Source: Schizosaccharomyces osmophilus
Lineage: Eukaryota
DNA: 64,000 nucleotides
Assembly: GCF_027921745.1 (NCBI RefSeq)
Contig: NC_079239.1
Location: forward strand, 2,170,001-2,234,000
Direction: 5' to 3'
The notes below the pieces were generated by a model, which saw only the letters and a list, made by a program, of their open reading frames with translations, did not search any database and had not been told where the DNA came from. Position numbers and translations under genes: made by a program. Below, one piece after another: positions 1 through 12,618 of the stretch. The stretch's first letter is position 1; every line of letters starts with the position of its first letter.

Positions 1-521
1 CTGCAAAAAGGCAAACGTACACTCAGGAAGATGTTGACAAGTTGCTTCAGGAACGAATGGAAAAAGTCGCTGAAGATCTTCATGCTCAGTATTCTGCTAA
101 ACATACCCAAAAAATTTCTGCTTTCAAAGTCAATTATGCGAAAAAGTATGATTTTACTATACAAGAGCTACAACAACAAGTTACCGTTGCCGCTGCTAAT
201 TCCAACGTTGGTGATCCCTCTTGGGAATTAGAAAGGAGAAATCTGCAGGAGGACAACGATACCCTTCGAAAACAATTGGAAAGAGCTATTCAAGAGCGCC
301 AAGAAATGTCTGCCTTCTTGGAGAACTTTAGAGCTGACATGGCCTCTACTGATCGTAGTTTTATCCAAAAACAATCTGAACAAACGGATAACTTGAATGT
401 CTTGAATTCTCAAATTGAAGCTTTGCAAGAGCAGCTTAGAATTGAACGAGATGAACGTCAAGCAGTTATTCGAATGAGCGAAGAGCTTGCTCAAGTTATA
501 GAAACTCTTGGAACAAAGTAA
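1..521 (+). CDS. alp7: TACC-family microtubule-associated protein Alp7/Mia1, 3' part (gene begins before the window)
   Basis: Frame is open from position 3 to TAA at 519-521. The coiled-coil C-terminus LQERMEKVAEDLHAQYSAKHTQKISAFK...EALQEQLRIERDERQ matches recalled S. pombe Alp7. Confidence 0.85.
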   Translation, partial: AKRQTYTQEDVDKLLQERMEKVAEDLHAQYSAKHTQKISAFKVNYAKKYDFTIQELQQQVTVAAANSNVGDPSWELERRNLQEDNDTLRKQLERAIQERQEMSAFLENFRADMASTDRSFIQKQSEQTDNLNVLNSQIEALQEQLRIERDERQAVIRMSEELAQVIETLGTK

Positions 522-860
522 ATTTGAGATCATCCCGTTTTTCGTCTTTCAATCTTTTCACGTTTACTCTACTTCCTCTACAAGGTGCTTATAATTATCA
601 AAATTTGGTGTTTTATTCACTTTCAAGAACTTCCTGTTTTATTTATCTCCTTGACACACCCTTCATTTCATATTTTCATCTTGTACGTTTTAACTTTTGG
701 GATTCATAATTGATATATCTTCTATTGACTTTTTTATGCCTTTCCACTACCACTAATGACATATGTGACATGCCAAATACAAAAGTCTATATATTGTTCG
801 ACCAGGGTCTCATGATATCATTACTTCGATTAGTAAGCAAGCTATCTCTGCTGCTTCAGG

Positions 861-867
861 TATAAAA
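861..867 (+). promoter_or_regulatory. TATA box (TATAAAA) of the pyridoxal reductase-like gene
   Basis: ggTATAAAAggg about 200 nt upstream of ATG 1062. Confidence 0.5.
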
Positions 868-1061
868 GGGCTCTTTGGTCCTATCGAGTTGTACTTAGTC
901 GGATTGATACGAAGTTTATATCTAAATTTCATTTTTACAAAGTCGTATTTCTTGAAATCAAATATTTGATTTGGTTTCACTTTGTCACTTGGTGTTTTCG
1001 TCTTTCTTTTTCTTCTTATAACTAATTTCTAAATATTTGGACTGACTTGACGTTTGAAAAT

Positions 1062-2060
1062 ATGCCAACTGTGAACGGATTTTCTGTCGGACCTGTTGGG
1101 TTTGGATTGATGGGATTCACTTGGAGAACCGAGCAGACTCCTGACGAACAAGCTTTTGAAACCATGGACTATGCCGTGGAACATGGAGCCACCTTTTGGA
1201 ACGGCGGTGAATTCTACGGAATGAATCCACCTACAGCGAATTTGATGCTGCTGGCTCGCTATTTTGAAACGAGACCGGAAAATGCAAACAAGGTGTTTTT
1301 GTCAATTAAGGGTGGTATCGATAGCACGCTTACTCCACGCGGTGATAAGGAGAATATTGGCAAAAGTATCAAAAACGTATTGAAACATCTTCGCGGTACC
1401 AAAAAGCTCGATCTTTTTGAATGTGCTCGTGTTGACTCCAAAGTGCCTATTGAGGAGCAAATGAAAACTCTCAAAAAGTTTGTAGATGCAGGAGATATTG
1501 GTAGTGTTGGCTTAAGTGAAGCATCTGCCAACACCATTCGTCGTGCTCACGCTGTTCTGCCCTTAGCTGCTGTCGAAGCGGAATACTCCTTGTGGTCTCG
1601 TGAAGTTGAAGAAAACGGTGTTTTGTCCACTTGCAAGAGTTTGAACATTCCCCTTATTGCCTATAGTCCCGTTGCCCGCGGTTTACTCACCGGTACTGTA
1701 AAGAAAATAGAAGACTTGGAACGGTTTACAAAGTCTTTCCCCTTCCTTCACCACCTGGATCGTTTTCAGCCCGAAACATTCAAGAAGAACCTCACTTGCA
1801 TTCATGCCCTTGAAGCGCAGGCAGAGTCTTACAACCTAACACTTCCTGAGATGGCTATAAGTTTTCTAATTGCCGTGGGTGAAGGCAAGGTTATTCCCAT
1901 TCCAGGAGCCACCAATGTAGCCCGTCTTAAACAAAACCTGAAGGCAGCTCTTAAACCTTTATCACCAGTCCAAGTTAAGGAAATTTATGCTACGTTGGAG
2001 AAGTTTCCCATTGCGGGTTATCGCTATAATGAACAGATTGAACCTACACTTAATGTTTAA
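1062..2060 (+). CDS. Aldo-keto reductase, pyridoxal reductase (Plr1/Plr2-like), intronless, 332 aa
   Basis: ATG at 1062 ([18 protein letters not shown]). Motifs [43 protein letters not shown] and IPIPG. Close to recalled S. pombe Plr1; which paralog cannot be determined. Confidence 0.9.
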   Translation: MPTVNGFSVGPVGFGLMGFTWRTEQTPDEQAFETMDYAVEHGATFWNGGEFYGMNPPTANLMLLARYFETRPENANKVFLSIKGGIDSTLTPRGDKENIGKSIKNVLKHLRGTKKLDLFECARVDSKVPIEEQMKTLKKFVDAGDIGSVGLSEASANTIRRAHAVLPLAAVEAEYSLWSREVEENGVLSTCKSLNIPLIAYSPVARGLLTGTVKKIEDLERFTKSFPFLHHLDRFQPETFKKNLTCIHALEAQAESYNLTLPEMAISFLIAVGEGKVIPIPGATNVARLKQNLKAALKPLSPVQVKEIYATLEKFPIAGYRYNEQIEPTLNV

Positions 2061-2598
2061 GAGTGTCTTGTCTAACATGGTTTTATATTATTAGGTGTAT
2101 CATTACCGTTAAAATCAGTTTATAATGTTTTTTCATCTAATATAAGTTATGCATTTTGGATATCATTCATAAAGCAAATGCTACTACAACAACGTACATT
2201 TATCAGTGGCTTACGCGACCAAACCTTGTCCGTCATTCATTTTCCTTATGTATTCATTTGTATTGTCAGTTTCATTCAATCGTTGATACTGTTCGTTTGT
2301 ACAGTCATGCTGGATATACTTTTTTCTTTAATGTGAATCAATTTGGTAGCAAGCAAATTGATTTAAGTCGTAGAATTTACCCTTTTAGATAATTCAGATT
2401 TGTCGATTTGTATATAGCAGACCTTCGCAGGCTTTGTCATATTATGCTCACTTCTGTTTACTAACCTCCAAAATAACAAACAGTCTTGATTAGTGCAAGG
2501 ATCAAAGTTTTTATATAATCCTTACACTTAAAAGTATAAAAAAAATAGGTTTTGGGCCTTTTATATGCTGAATTGATTTGAAAATACCATTGTTAAGG

Positions 2599-4759
2599 AT
2601 GGACTACAAGGAGCGGTATTCCCAATGCTTTTAGTCGGTGAAAATCTTCAGCTAACATTTTTACAGGCTGAAAAGATTTACTACCATATTAAATTCACCA
2701 AACCCCGTATCTCTCCCTGGCCTATGTGGATTATGTCTTCAAGGTATGCTAAACTTTGCTTAATGCCAAAACGACAATTTCCTAACATGGAATAGGGATT
2801 CCAGATGAGTATTCTATACGGTCGAAGGCGTGGATGCTGATGCTAGAATACCTGCCCACTGACAAGTCTCAGTGGAAAGAAGTCTTGCGTAGTCATCGAG
2901 AAACATATACGGTATGAGAGATTTATATGATTCCTTCCTTATATTTTCTGTCATTATTTTAATCAACATCGCATAGTCATTTGTTCAGGAACTCCTCATA
3001 GACCCATGGAAAAAACTCAGTTTACAAGAAGATGCTGAAACCGCTGAAGCTGAGGATCATGTAAGCTACTCAATTACACGTTCCATGAACTTTTTCTGAT
3101 AATTTATAGCCTTTAAGCACAAATAAAGACTCAAGATGGAAACAGTATTTTGAAGATAACCAAACATTGGAACAAATTGACAAAGACATTCGAAGAACTT
3201 TACCAGATCTTTCCTTTTTTCAAGGAAAATCAGATGATGCTATGAGTTTTTCTGTTTCCTCTGCTGCAGAAGTTCAAGTCGAAAACTCTGGAAGCACCTC
3301 ATCTTTTACTCAGACCGGATCCTCAATCCAGGACATTTCTTTTCAGAATAAAGAAGAATATATCCAATTTTTAGAGGATTCGCATTACTCTTTACAAGCA
3401 AGGATTTATCAACTGGACAGTGAGTCTCCTACTTCCTCAAGTATTTTGTCCAACAAACCAAGAAAAAGCATAGAAAAAGCATCTCAAGAAAATGACGAGG
3501 ATGAATTAGGTATTCATCGTGAAGCTACAGAACGAATTTTATTTATTTACGCTAAATTAAACCCTGGCATTGGGTATGTTCAAGGCATGAATGAACTGCT
3601 CGCTCCTTTATATTATGTCTTAGCAACAGACCCTTCTTATGAAAATCGATTCTATTGCGAGTGTGACTCATTTTTTTTATTTACAGAGATGATGGTTCAA
3701 GTTCGCGATCTTTACGAAAAAACTTTGGACCATGACTCTGGTCATGGCATTTACTTCCTGATGTCAAAATTCACAGACCGCTTACGGCAATACGATTTTG
3801 AATTATGGGAATGTATGGTATGTTGGTTTTACTTAGAATAAAAGGAAGAGGTGTTATTAAAAGTGTGAAGGCTAACAAAATTACTATACAGAAAAAGAAG
3901 GAAATCAATCCCGCTTACTACTCTTTTCGCTGGTATACTTGTCTTTTCACTCAAGAATTCCCTTTGCCGGATGTAATACGTCTGTGGGACTCAATTATTG
4001 CTGATCAAACACGAGCACGTTTATTAGGCAAAAATGAAGATGGCTTCAATGGCGCATTCGATTTTGCTATAGATTTTTGTTGTGCTATTCTAATTGAGTT
4101 ACGAGAATATCTTCTAAAGTATAGCTTCGCAGATTCTATAAAGCTACTTCAATCTCAATTTTCTGCGGACATGTCGACGTTGTTGAATGTGACTTTTGAA
4201 TTGGAGTCATTAAGGAAAAACAAAAGTGTAGGAAGTGATATGTCTTATGTCCCCGGAAAATCTTTTATTACAAACGACTTGACTAACTCAGTGAAAAATC
4301 GAATGCTTGCAACCTACAATAGTGTCAAAAACACCAGTTCTCAAAACGTGAAACAGCCTAGTAAAGATTCAGAAGAACCCGCAAGCGACTCTAGATCTTT
4401 CTTCCCCAGTTTTCGAAGTTCTTTGGATGAAACACCTCCAAATCCCTATTTTAAGGTAAGATATAATGATCCAAACATATCAGTTCTGGCTGCTAACAAA
4501 ATTTTAGATAAATAAGAACGTTCGAACTATATTTGCTACACCGAAAACACCAGAACATCAAGATTCGGAGGGAGGATGGTCAACTTTAAAAACAAAGGGT
4601 AATAACCTATTTAACAAAGTAGGAAATATTGTCGGAGATGCTGTCCGCTACGTAACGGAAGAAGAAGAATTTAGTGAAGAAGAGGATTTTACTGATACCA
4701 GTCGCAAGATTGGTGAGTCACGCAGACGAAAAACCGTATCTCGAAAAAATGTAATTTAA
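2599..4759 (+). CDS. tbc13: TBC-domain Rab GTPase-activating protein (TBC1D13-like), multi-exon
   Basis: ATG 2599 (MDYKER) followed by several short introns. TBC motifs IDKDIRRT, GYVQGMNELLAP and FRWYTCLFTQEF. Last exon 4508-4759 ends in TAA. Confidence 0.88.
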
Positions 4760-4787
4760 TTCATCGATAGTACGACTTAAACTTTGT

Positions 4788-7057
4788 TTAACTAAATGGA
4801 CGAAAAAGTTTGGTCGGTGAGGGCATTTTGATGGGGGATGAAGACCGAGAAGATTTTAGTTTAGTCGGGGAGGTATTAATGGGGGTCAGTGCTCGTTCCA
4901 TTTCTATAGGAGGTGTCACGGAACGTTCAAGGTTTCCGAATATTTGTCTAAACTCTTGTATCAGATCTACAACTAATGAAATGGGATGCGTATCCTCAAT
5001 TGAAATTTGGTTCACATTTTTGGGAGGTCTTAATATACCTAAAAGCATTAGATCCAAGTTCGTCGGATATAACTTACATGGCGAAATTATTTTGGCAATT
5101 CTGTACAAATCATCTCTAGAAAATTGAGCAGAATCAGCGAAGAAATGGAAGTGAGATATAATGTCTTCAAGTAGCCTCAATTGAGTACTATGGAGGTGCA
5201 GTAAGCATTGGCGAATAGAATAAACCCGATGCTCTATATCTTTATCTTCAGTATAAGTTAAATAAAGGGCATTGAAATAGTCATAGAAGCTGGAACGAAT
5301 AAGAGAATCTGACATTTCCAGTAAACAAAGTTTTAATGAGAAAGCGATAATATGCAAAGGATACTTTTCCAATACTGGAACGAGATCGACGATTGCGCTC
5401 AGCAATATTAACTTCAATTCATAGGCTTTCTTTAAAGGGACCTCTTTTGTCCAAATTGTGTATAGAGCTAAACTGTTAGTAATGAAATTATAATGAAATT
5501 CTATACCATCAAAGTCTTTTATATAAGAGTATCCTACAGTTGGTTAGTAAATGTAAGCAAGAGTCATTTCTCTTACCATCTATTAAATAGGTCAAAACTT
5601 CTGGCACTATTCTGGATATCTGTGTATCAATAGAAGAATTTGATTTACCAGGGGATTCATATGCTGAAAGTTAGAATCTAAAGAATAAAGATTGACTTTA
5701 CCATTTTGTAAGAACAAATCTGCATTCGAGATAGACGTAAAGTAACCAGTGTAATAACGTTTGACTTGATTAGAAAGATCTTGTAGTTTATCTAGAGAAC
5801 GTGTCGTTTTATTTTGATTCGAGACAACGTTTTCCAAACCAGATATGAATCCGGAAAAACATTGAGAATTGTCTGTGAAAATGGTTTCGACCGCCGAGAG
5901 TCTGTCAAGTTCGCACTTTTCAAGTGCCTTATAATATGTAAACTGGACAGTTAGCTTAATAAAATTAATATCAAGAGGCACGTACCAAATATTGCTCTAG
6001 CTCGATTCTTGATTGTTCCAAATTACTAAACGCCAGATTATATTTATCAAAAACACTCGGAATAGAATGTTGTTTTTGTTCATTTGGCGTAGTGAAATAG
6101 GAAGAGCTATCGAGAGAGTCTACCTGAACCGCGTTTATGAGGTTAAAAGCTTTTTGTGTCAAGTGAACATTCGAACTTGATGCGTTTGTTGGTTGGTCCA
6201 GTCCTTCTCGTACATTAACAATATCAAGAGCAGCTAGATCGTCAGTGATTTGTTCCAGCTTTGGCTTGTCTAAACCTGGAAGAGTATATGACAATGCTTT
6301 TTGAAAGTTTGTTCCATGCGTCGCATGTTCGGCGGGATTGTTATTGCTTACTTTGTTGATCGATTCTTTCAAACTTGATAAAAGCTTAGAAAACTCATCA
6401 TTAGAATAACTTTTGCCAGCTAAAATGTAAGGTATGTCAGATTCGATCCTTGTATTGCTGCTTCTTGTTGATGTACTGATAGAGCTCAAAGAGCTTGATT
6501 TTCTGTGCCCGCGCTGTTTTGGGTTTACCATGGAAGATTTCAACCTTTGCACATGTACTAAGCGTGAATTGTAGTTATCGACTTTGACTTGAATAGTCGC
6601 AAGTAACGAGCCAACTCGCTTTGTATACGTCTTGTTCCATTTTTCGAAAGGACTAATCACTAAAGCTTCTAATTGCTCACTCCACTTTTTCTGCAAGCTT
6701 GCTTCCTACATAGGATGTGTTAATTATTTACAAGGACCATCAATAACATACGCAAAAGTAATCTTCTCTTAATTCGTTAATAGCTGCAGTAGTCAAGAGG
6801 ATGTTTGTCTCATGACTAAAAGGATATTGTTTATCGTGTTTAGCACATGCTTTGGCCAAAATATCGGAGCATGCGATCAGTGCCTTCGACTTTGTTTGCA
6901 ATAAAAAAAGTACTAGGAAACAGTTAATATGAATTTATTTTCTAGAATCCGTACGGCTTTTATTTTGCTCAATGCCTTGGTTGATTAACTCCTGAGCACT
7001 TTTGACACCGGTAATATAATCTCTAGTCCAAAACGAGTTGGAAAACCCATCCCACAT
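4788..7057 (-). CDS. rga9: F-BAR/RhoGAP protein Rga9 (Rgd2-like), multi-exon
   Basis: Starts MWDGFSNSFWTRDYITG at 7057 (F-BAR N-terminus). ORF fragments 5971-6696, 5607-5981 and 4788-5417 are joined by GT-AG introns. RhoGAP-like C-terminus. Confidence 0.82.
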
Positions 7058-7275
7058 AGTAATCATTAGATTTCAGAAATATCCCCAAAAATAAAAGTGA
7101 AAAGGAAGCCTCGTTGTTATTTTCTAGACTTTCTTCGATGAAGAAACGATTGACTATATGAACACAGTTAGGATTTCTGACACGAATGATTTTTAGAAAT
7201 ACCAAAAACAAGAAAAGAAAGAGTTACAGAATCTTTAGTACCTTACTTCGTAGTAGACTGCAAGTATTCTTTGAA

Positions 7276-7307
7276 GGAAAAGTCACGTTTTGGAAAAGTC
7301 ACGTTTT
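7276..7307. repeat. Perfect 16-bp tandem direct repeat (GGAAAAGTCACGTTTT x2)
   Basis: Read directly, in the rga9/rec24 divergent intergenic region. Confidence 0.9.
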
Positions 7308-7450
7308 CCTTGAGCTCTCTCAATGAAGAGTTTACTTACAAAAGTGAAGCAAAATTAACTATAGCAAATATGAAAGAAAAGACGGTATGATTTCGAATTT
7401 GCAAATGGCACAGGTAAGTATACTGGTGAACGATGAAAGTAATTCAGGAT

Positions 7451-7544
7451 GTAAACAAAGAGCCATTAACGATGTTATGTTAGGCTACACTAAACAATAC
7501 AAATGTTACTCGTCTTACGCGTTCATTATCAACGCGTAAACAAA
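7451..7544 (+). promoter_or_regulatory. Meiotic promoter elements: two MCB (ACGCGT) and two FLEX/forkhead (GTAAACAAA) sites
   Basis: FLEX at 7451-7459. MCB at 7517-7522. MCB at 7532-7537 overlaps FLEX at 7536-7544. All lie immediately upstream of rec24. Confidence 0.7.
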
Positions 7545-7559
7545 CTTCCAATTCATAAG

Positions 7560-8679
7560 ATGGACAATGTTTTAGAAGGAGATGAGACCAAACTGGCTAT
7601 TGCATGGAATATTGTAAGGAATAGACCGAAAGAAGAGCGAATAGACGTCTATATCAAAAGACTGAGGAAGCAATTGCAAGATGAAAAGAATCACGAATTG
7701 AAAGCAAAGTTGTTCGCGGAAAAAGTACTTAATCAAGAGAAAAACAAACTTCAATTGAAAACTTCTTTTATTTCCGAGACCTTGAATATTCCCACCAGAG
7801 TATTAAAGAAGGAAATTGACGATATAGGTATGTGTGTTTGTATAAGAAACTGGGATGGCGTGAAGGTTTCTTTTTCAATTTATTGATTAGTTTACTTACC
7901 ATTTGAAATTATAATACTTACTGACGCTATTTGTAGATTTATACCTGCTTTCGAATATTTATGATTGTCTGCAAGAAAAACGAGCAAGCTCAGAAGGAGT
8001 TTCACTAAAAACATTTAACTATGTCTTTGATGGGATATTTCGGTTCTTAAAGTGTTCAGCGGATCCACGAATATCGTCTGCAAAGGACTATCCAGATGAG
8101 TTCTTCGCCAAAATTAAAGGTCTCTTTGAGGACATTCTTATTCTACTAAAAAAAGACCTAAGAATGCTCCAAATTGCGATGCGCTTGGCGGACTTGGCAG
8201 AGTTTGTTTTACACTTAATTGTTGACACGCATCGGATTATGCAAACAAATGCTGCAAGGGGATTGCCCGTTTCGCCAAGAGCGAAGTTTTTGGACTTTTA
8301 TAAATTTTTGGAACAATCAATATTTTTGAAGCTCTCTACTGCAGCTCCTAATTTACTTGAACAGCTTGTACACCAAGTGGTATCACAGATGGAAACGTGC
8401 TTCCTTAACTGCAAGAGTGCGGATTTTGAAGCACGGCTCCTTTTCAGCGAATGCTTCTTTTCTTTTACAGAAATCTTCTTTCCATGTCTTCACTCATATG
8501 ATATTCGTATTTCGCAGATTGCCAATTCTGGCGTCCGAAAGCTGAGGAACCTTATTCAGCAAGAAGAGATGCATACGCATGAGTCAAGCAATTCGGGATC
8601 TAATTTTGCATCGTCTTACGTTCTGTTGGCTGGACTGAAAGAATTATTACCGCCCAATGACCTTTTTGACGATACCTAA
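7560..8679 (+). CDS. rec24: Meiotic double-strand-break protein Rec24 (MEI4 family); exons 7560-7827, 7937-8679
   Basis: KLAIAWNIVRNRPK and KKEIDDI|DLYLLSNI motifs. Intron GTATGT..CTGAC..TAG restores the frame into the 8164-8679 ORF. An in-frame ATG at 7503 is an alternative start. Confidence 0.8.
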
Positions 8680-8992
8680 ATCTTTATAGCTTCTTTTTCT
8701 TTATAATTTCTACATATTGAAAGTAAAGAACCTTCGCAAGGATTATTTCTTCACTTCATCGAAGTGGATATAAATTTCCTAAAAGAAACAAGGTCAACGA
8801 TTATTTAGGTCAAAAGTGCCGTTTGCAGAATTTTATTTCCACAAAGCTTTCACGAATTTCTTTGTAAAAATTTCTATTTATCACTCTGAGCCTAAGCTCT
8901 TTTATTTTGGTGTAGCCTGAAAAACCCTGGGTCTTGAAAGCGTGGCCTTGCCGACTGCTTTCTACCATCTCCCTTCACCTGTCAATTAGACC

Positions 8993-9430
8993 ATGTCGGT
9001 CATCAGCAAAGAGGTTTGGAATTTAATTTCTCTTCCTTTGAAAAAATTCTTACAAAAATTTCCTCCAGAAGCCGCCCATACTTGGTCAACAAAGTCCGAT
9101 AGAATAAATCCTTTCTTACCTACACGAAATCCTTTAAATGGAGTTTTAAGAGACCCACATTACTCCAATAGACGCCAAGCTGATATCTTTAAGGAAGCCA
9201 AGTATCATAAGTTGGAACACTTACTTCCTCAAGAGATGACATGGAATAAGGACTCCACCCGGCACATTTTGAAAGGTGTTTTGTTTCCTAAAGGCAGAAT
9301 TGCAGAACGCAAGCGAGACGAGATTTTGCTGAATAAGCAGAAGAAGTTTGCCGAGTCAATACAGAAAACTGACAACTTCAAAAAGAGTCGACAGAAGCGG
9401 AATGCTCAACCTGAAGCTCCCCCATTGTAA
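8993..9430 (+). CDS. mrpl25: Mitochondrial ribosomal protein mL59/MrpL25
   Basis: LKKFLQKFPP, NPFLPTRNPLNG..RDPHYSNRRQADIFK and PKGRIAER motifs. Confidence 0.85.
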   Translation: MSVISKEVWNLISLPLKKFLQKFPPEAAHTWSTKSDRINPFLPTRNPLNGVLRDPHYSNRRQADIFKEAKYHKLEHLLPQEMTWNKDSTRHILKGVLFPKGRIAERKRDEILLNKQKKFAESIQKTDNFKKSRQKRNAQPEAPPL

Positions 9431-9810
9431 ATTACCGACTTATCAGTTAGCTTGTTTCTTCCATGACAATATATACTCCCTCAGTTTATGCTGGTAGTTC
9501 CGATGTCTTGAGTATCTTGCTCTAATATCGAATCTGCTATTCAGAATGGTTCATAATATTTACTTCCTATATTTTCCGTATCCCCCAATAAATAATTTTC
9601 TATGTGTACATTAAATCAATTGGCAAAACTATGTTTTCTCTCGAATTATGGGTCTTCCCATCAATAATTATTATGTTACGTATAAAATAACAATAAATCT
9701 TTTCTAGTCCAAACCATTCTATTCTATTAGCTTCAGTCGTTTATGCTTTCCGTGTATCTTTAGGATCGTAAGTCTCATATTATGGGGGTCATTAACTGGA
9801 ATTTAATTCA

Positions 9811-12144
9811 TTAATAGGCTCTCATGTAGTTATCATCAAACTTCTCTTCAATTTCGTCAAGAAATTGGTGTTCCCAATTAAGATCATCATCCAAATTTAT
9901 ACTTTGCAAGGTTTGCATGAGAGGGCTTGAAATATCATCTCTTCCTTCATCGTTGAACACATCGATATTTTGGTCACTATCATTCTCATTTACCGATGGA
10001 GCTTCCTCAACTAACTCTGTGATTTTTGAAGGTTTCGGGGATTTCTTTTTTGGTTCATCTTCCTCGTCACTCAATTCTGGTAGTGGTGATCTCCAAAAGT
10101 TGACATCGGTGAAATTTGACAGATCCTCTTTGGTTGAGATCTCAACTGGCGGGAAGAAGTAATCGACTAAATCATTCATATAAACATATGTACTTCGATA
10201 TCCACTCCGTTGAAGTAGTTCAATATGTACCTCACCAGAAGAGTTGATAGTAAATATTCTTGTCGGCGGAACACGAACGTGATTATAGGAAATAGCATCC
10301 GTAATTCGATTCCCGAATCCAGCATAGAAAGGAGTTCTCGGAACTGGTAATGCAAACAAGTTACACAGATCACGTAAACATGCCATTTTAAATACCTCTG
10401 GTTTACGGAGGATAACTTCTCTATGTAGGGCTGCCATTGTTCGATCAGGAGAAAGAATCACGGGCCCATCGGGTAGAGAAATGCCGTTTTGCTCAATATT
10501 CTGCAAGTAATGTCTAGTTGAATCTGCTTGGCCTACAGAGCGGCTGGTTAAATACATTATCTTGTATCCATTGTTTGTAATATCTGTATATAACTTGGCA
10601 ACTCCTGCGTGCGTCCAATCCTTCCCGATCAACGTAAACATATGACCGAGTGCATCAGATTTAGTAATCGTACCGTCGATATCTGATATAACAACAGAAT
10701 CACTGTAGCGCCAAAAGAATAGGTTGGCGGTGCACGTGGCTTTACCTCCATTGACACTGAAGGATAAATCATTTTTTCCAGCTTTCAAATTCAAAGAACG
10801 AAGCTGATCAGAAGTAAGTCGTAAGGTTTTTGCATAATGATAGGAAGGATTACTAGGAAAGGGAGGCAAAGATCGTTCGGACAATGAGGAAGATGGTCGT
10901 AAATCTCCTCTGTCATCATTTATAAGGGCAGAATCGGATTTTGGAGAAGAAGGTGCTTTTATGGGGCTTCCAGGAGGACTATGACCGTAAACTTCAGCAA
11001 ATTTTTTTGCATCTTCCGAGGCATGAAACCATAGGTTTCCCTCCTCATCTTCGCGAAATAATTTCTCTATTAGTGGAAACTCGTCTTTAAAAGTTTCACG
11101 GGCAAGTTCAGCAATATTAAAATTTGTGGCTGAAGCTTTATAGCCTGTCATATCTAACATGACATCGCCATTGTCGTCGATATGTGCCGGAAGTTCTTTA
11201 CCAGACAGACGTTTTCCAAGTTCTTTTGCCTTTTGTAAAAGCTTCAAGTCTACTAACGCTGTTCCTTCCAATCGACCGTACGGCTCTGTCTCGGCACTGC
11301 CAACATCACCCATACTGGAATGTCGCCTGTGGACAAAATTAGGAAATGGAACTCGTTCACCTAAAAAGTTTTGTTAGTAAAAAAGTTGATTTAAAATGAA
11401 AATATGTTATGAAAACTTACTTGCATCAGAATTGGAACGTCGATAAGAGTCTCGAGTAGCAGGGAACACTTGATTTGGTTCGCCGAGAAATAAGTCTGTT
11501 GAATTCGGATAATTGCTTTGTGCAGGGCTTTCCAATTGCAAATCTTGAGGCTCGTGAATATTCTATGACAAGTTAGCTTCGTCCAAAAATATTTTATCAT
11601 GCTGAAGTTTTTCTTTAGCAAAACCATTGACGATAGTAATTGCGCCAGTTTTCTGGTCATCAAAGAACAAATCCTGATGTAAGAACTATTATCAAAATAG
11701 TTTTCCACTTCATTCCACATACAATGAGAGGACCTTGTCTTGGAGAGGCCATGGGAGAAGCAATGGGCGAAGTTTGTAATTCTTTAGGCACTGCATTTTC
11801 AGTAGCAAAAACAAAAAAAGCTTCTCCCCCATCTCCCAATTTCATGTTGAAATCGGTCAATTGGCCATTTACTGAAAACTCAACCTTCTTGTCAGAAGGC
11901 AACAGTAAGCTGAATTTCCCAAATCGAACGTGAAAAGGTGAGCATGCAAGAGTTCCATCCTCCTGTTCTACTACAATTAAGTCAATGGCTCCTGATAACG
12001 TAGACTATTGTTTGTTTGGGTCAGTTTCAAATTCGTAATGAAATAACCATAGGAAATTTGCCCATTATATATTACTATACGTACGGGATTGATAGAATTC
12101 CATGTCTTCGTAACAGAATCAAATGCCCTTCCTACATATTGCAT
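9811..12144 (-). CDS. ned1: Lipin / phosphatidate phosphatase Ned1, multi-exon
   Basis: Starts MQYVGRAFDSVTKTWNSINP at 12144. N-LIP region MKLGDGGEAFFV. HAD motif DIDGTITKSD and AGFGNRITD. Confidence 0.95.
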
Positions 12145-12618
12145 CGTGCTACTCTCTTTAAAAAAATGTTGGTAGAAAGTACAATTCTCATACCGTAACT
12201 ACTCATAGGAAGGATGGGACACCTTTTGAGGTGTGGGTACCCATCGTGAGTACCAAAGTTCTCAACAAACATAACCTGAGAAAAAGCTCGTTTCAGTTTT
12301 GGTTTACTCAAATTGAGTTGAATTCGAATTTTCTGATTATTTTCTGCATTGATTTTGCGATCGGTTGTTTGCATTTTTTCGGACATAATAGTACCTGGTT
12401 TTAAATGTTTGTTTGAAGCAAAACGGGTTATATAAGGGCTTCAATTCATTTCAATTCCATTAAGCTCGTCCATTGCCTGGATTTATTTTGACCAGAATTC
12501 ATGAATTTGCATTGATTGCCAAGAAAGTTTTCTTGATAGGACCAACTTAGTGTATGCTCTATTAACACTGCAAAAACTCAGTTTAGATATACATAGATTT
12601 ATTTATTTACGTTAGGAT

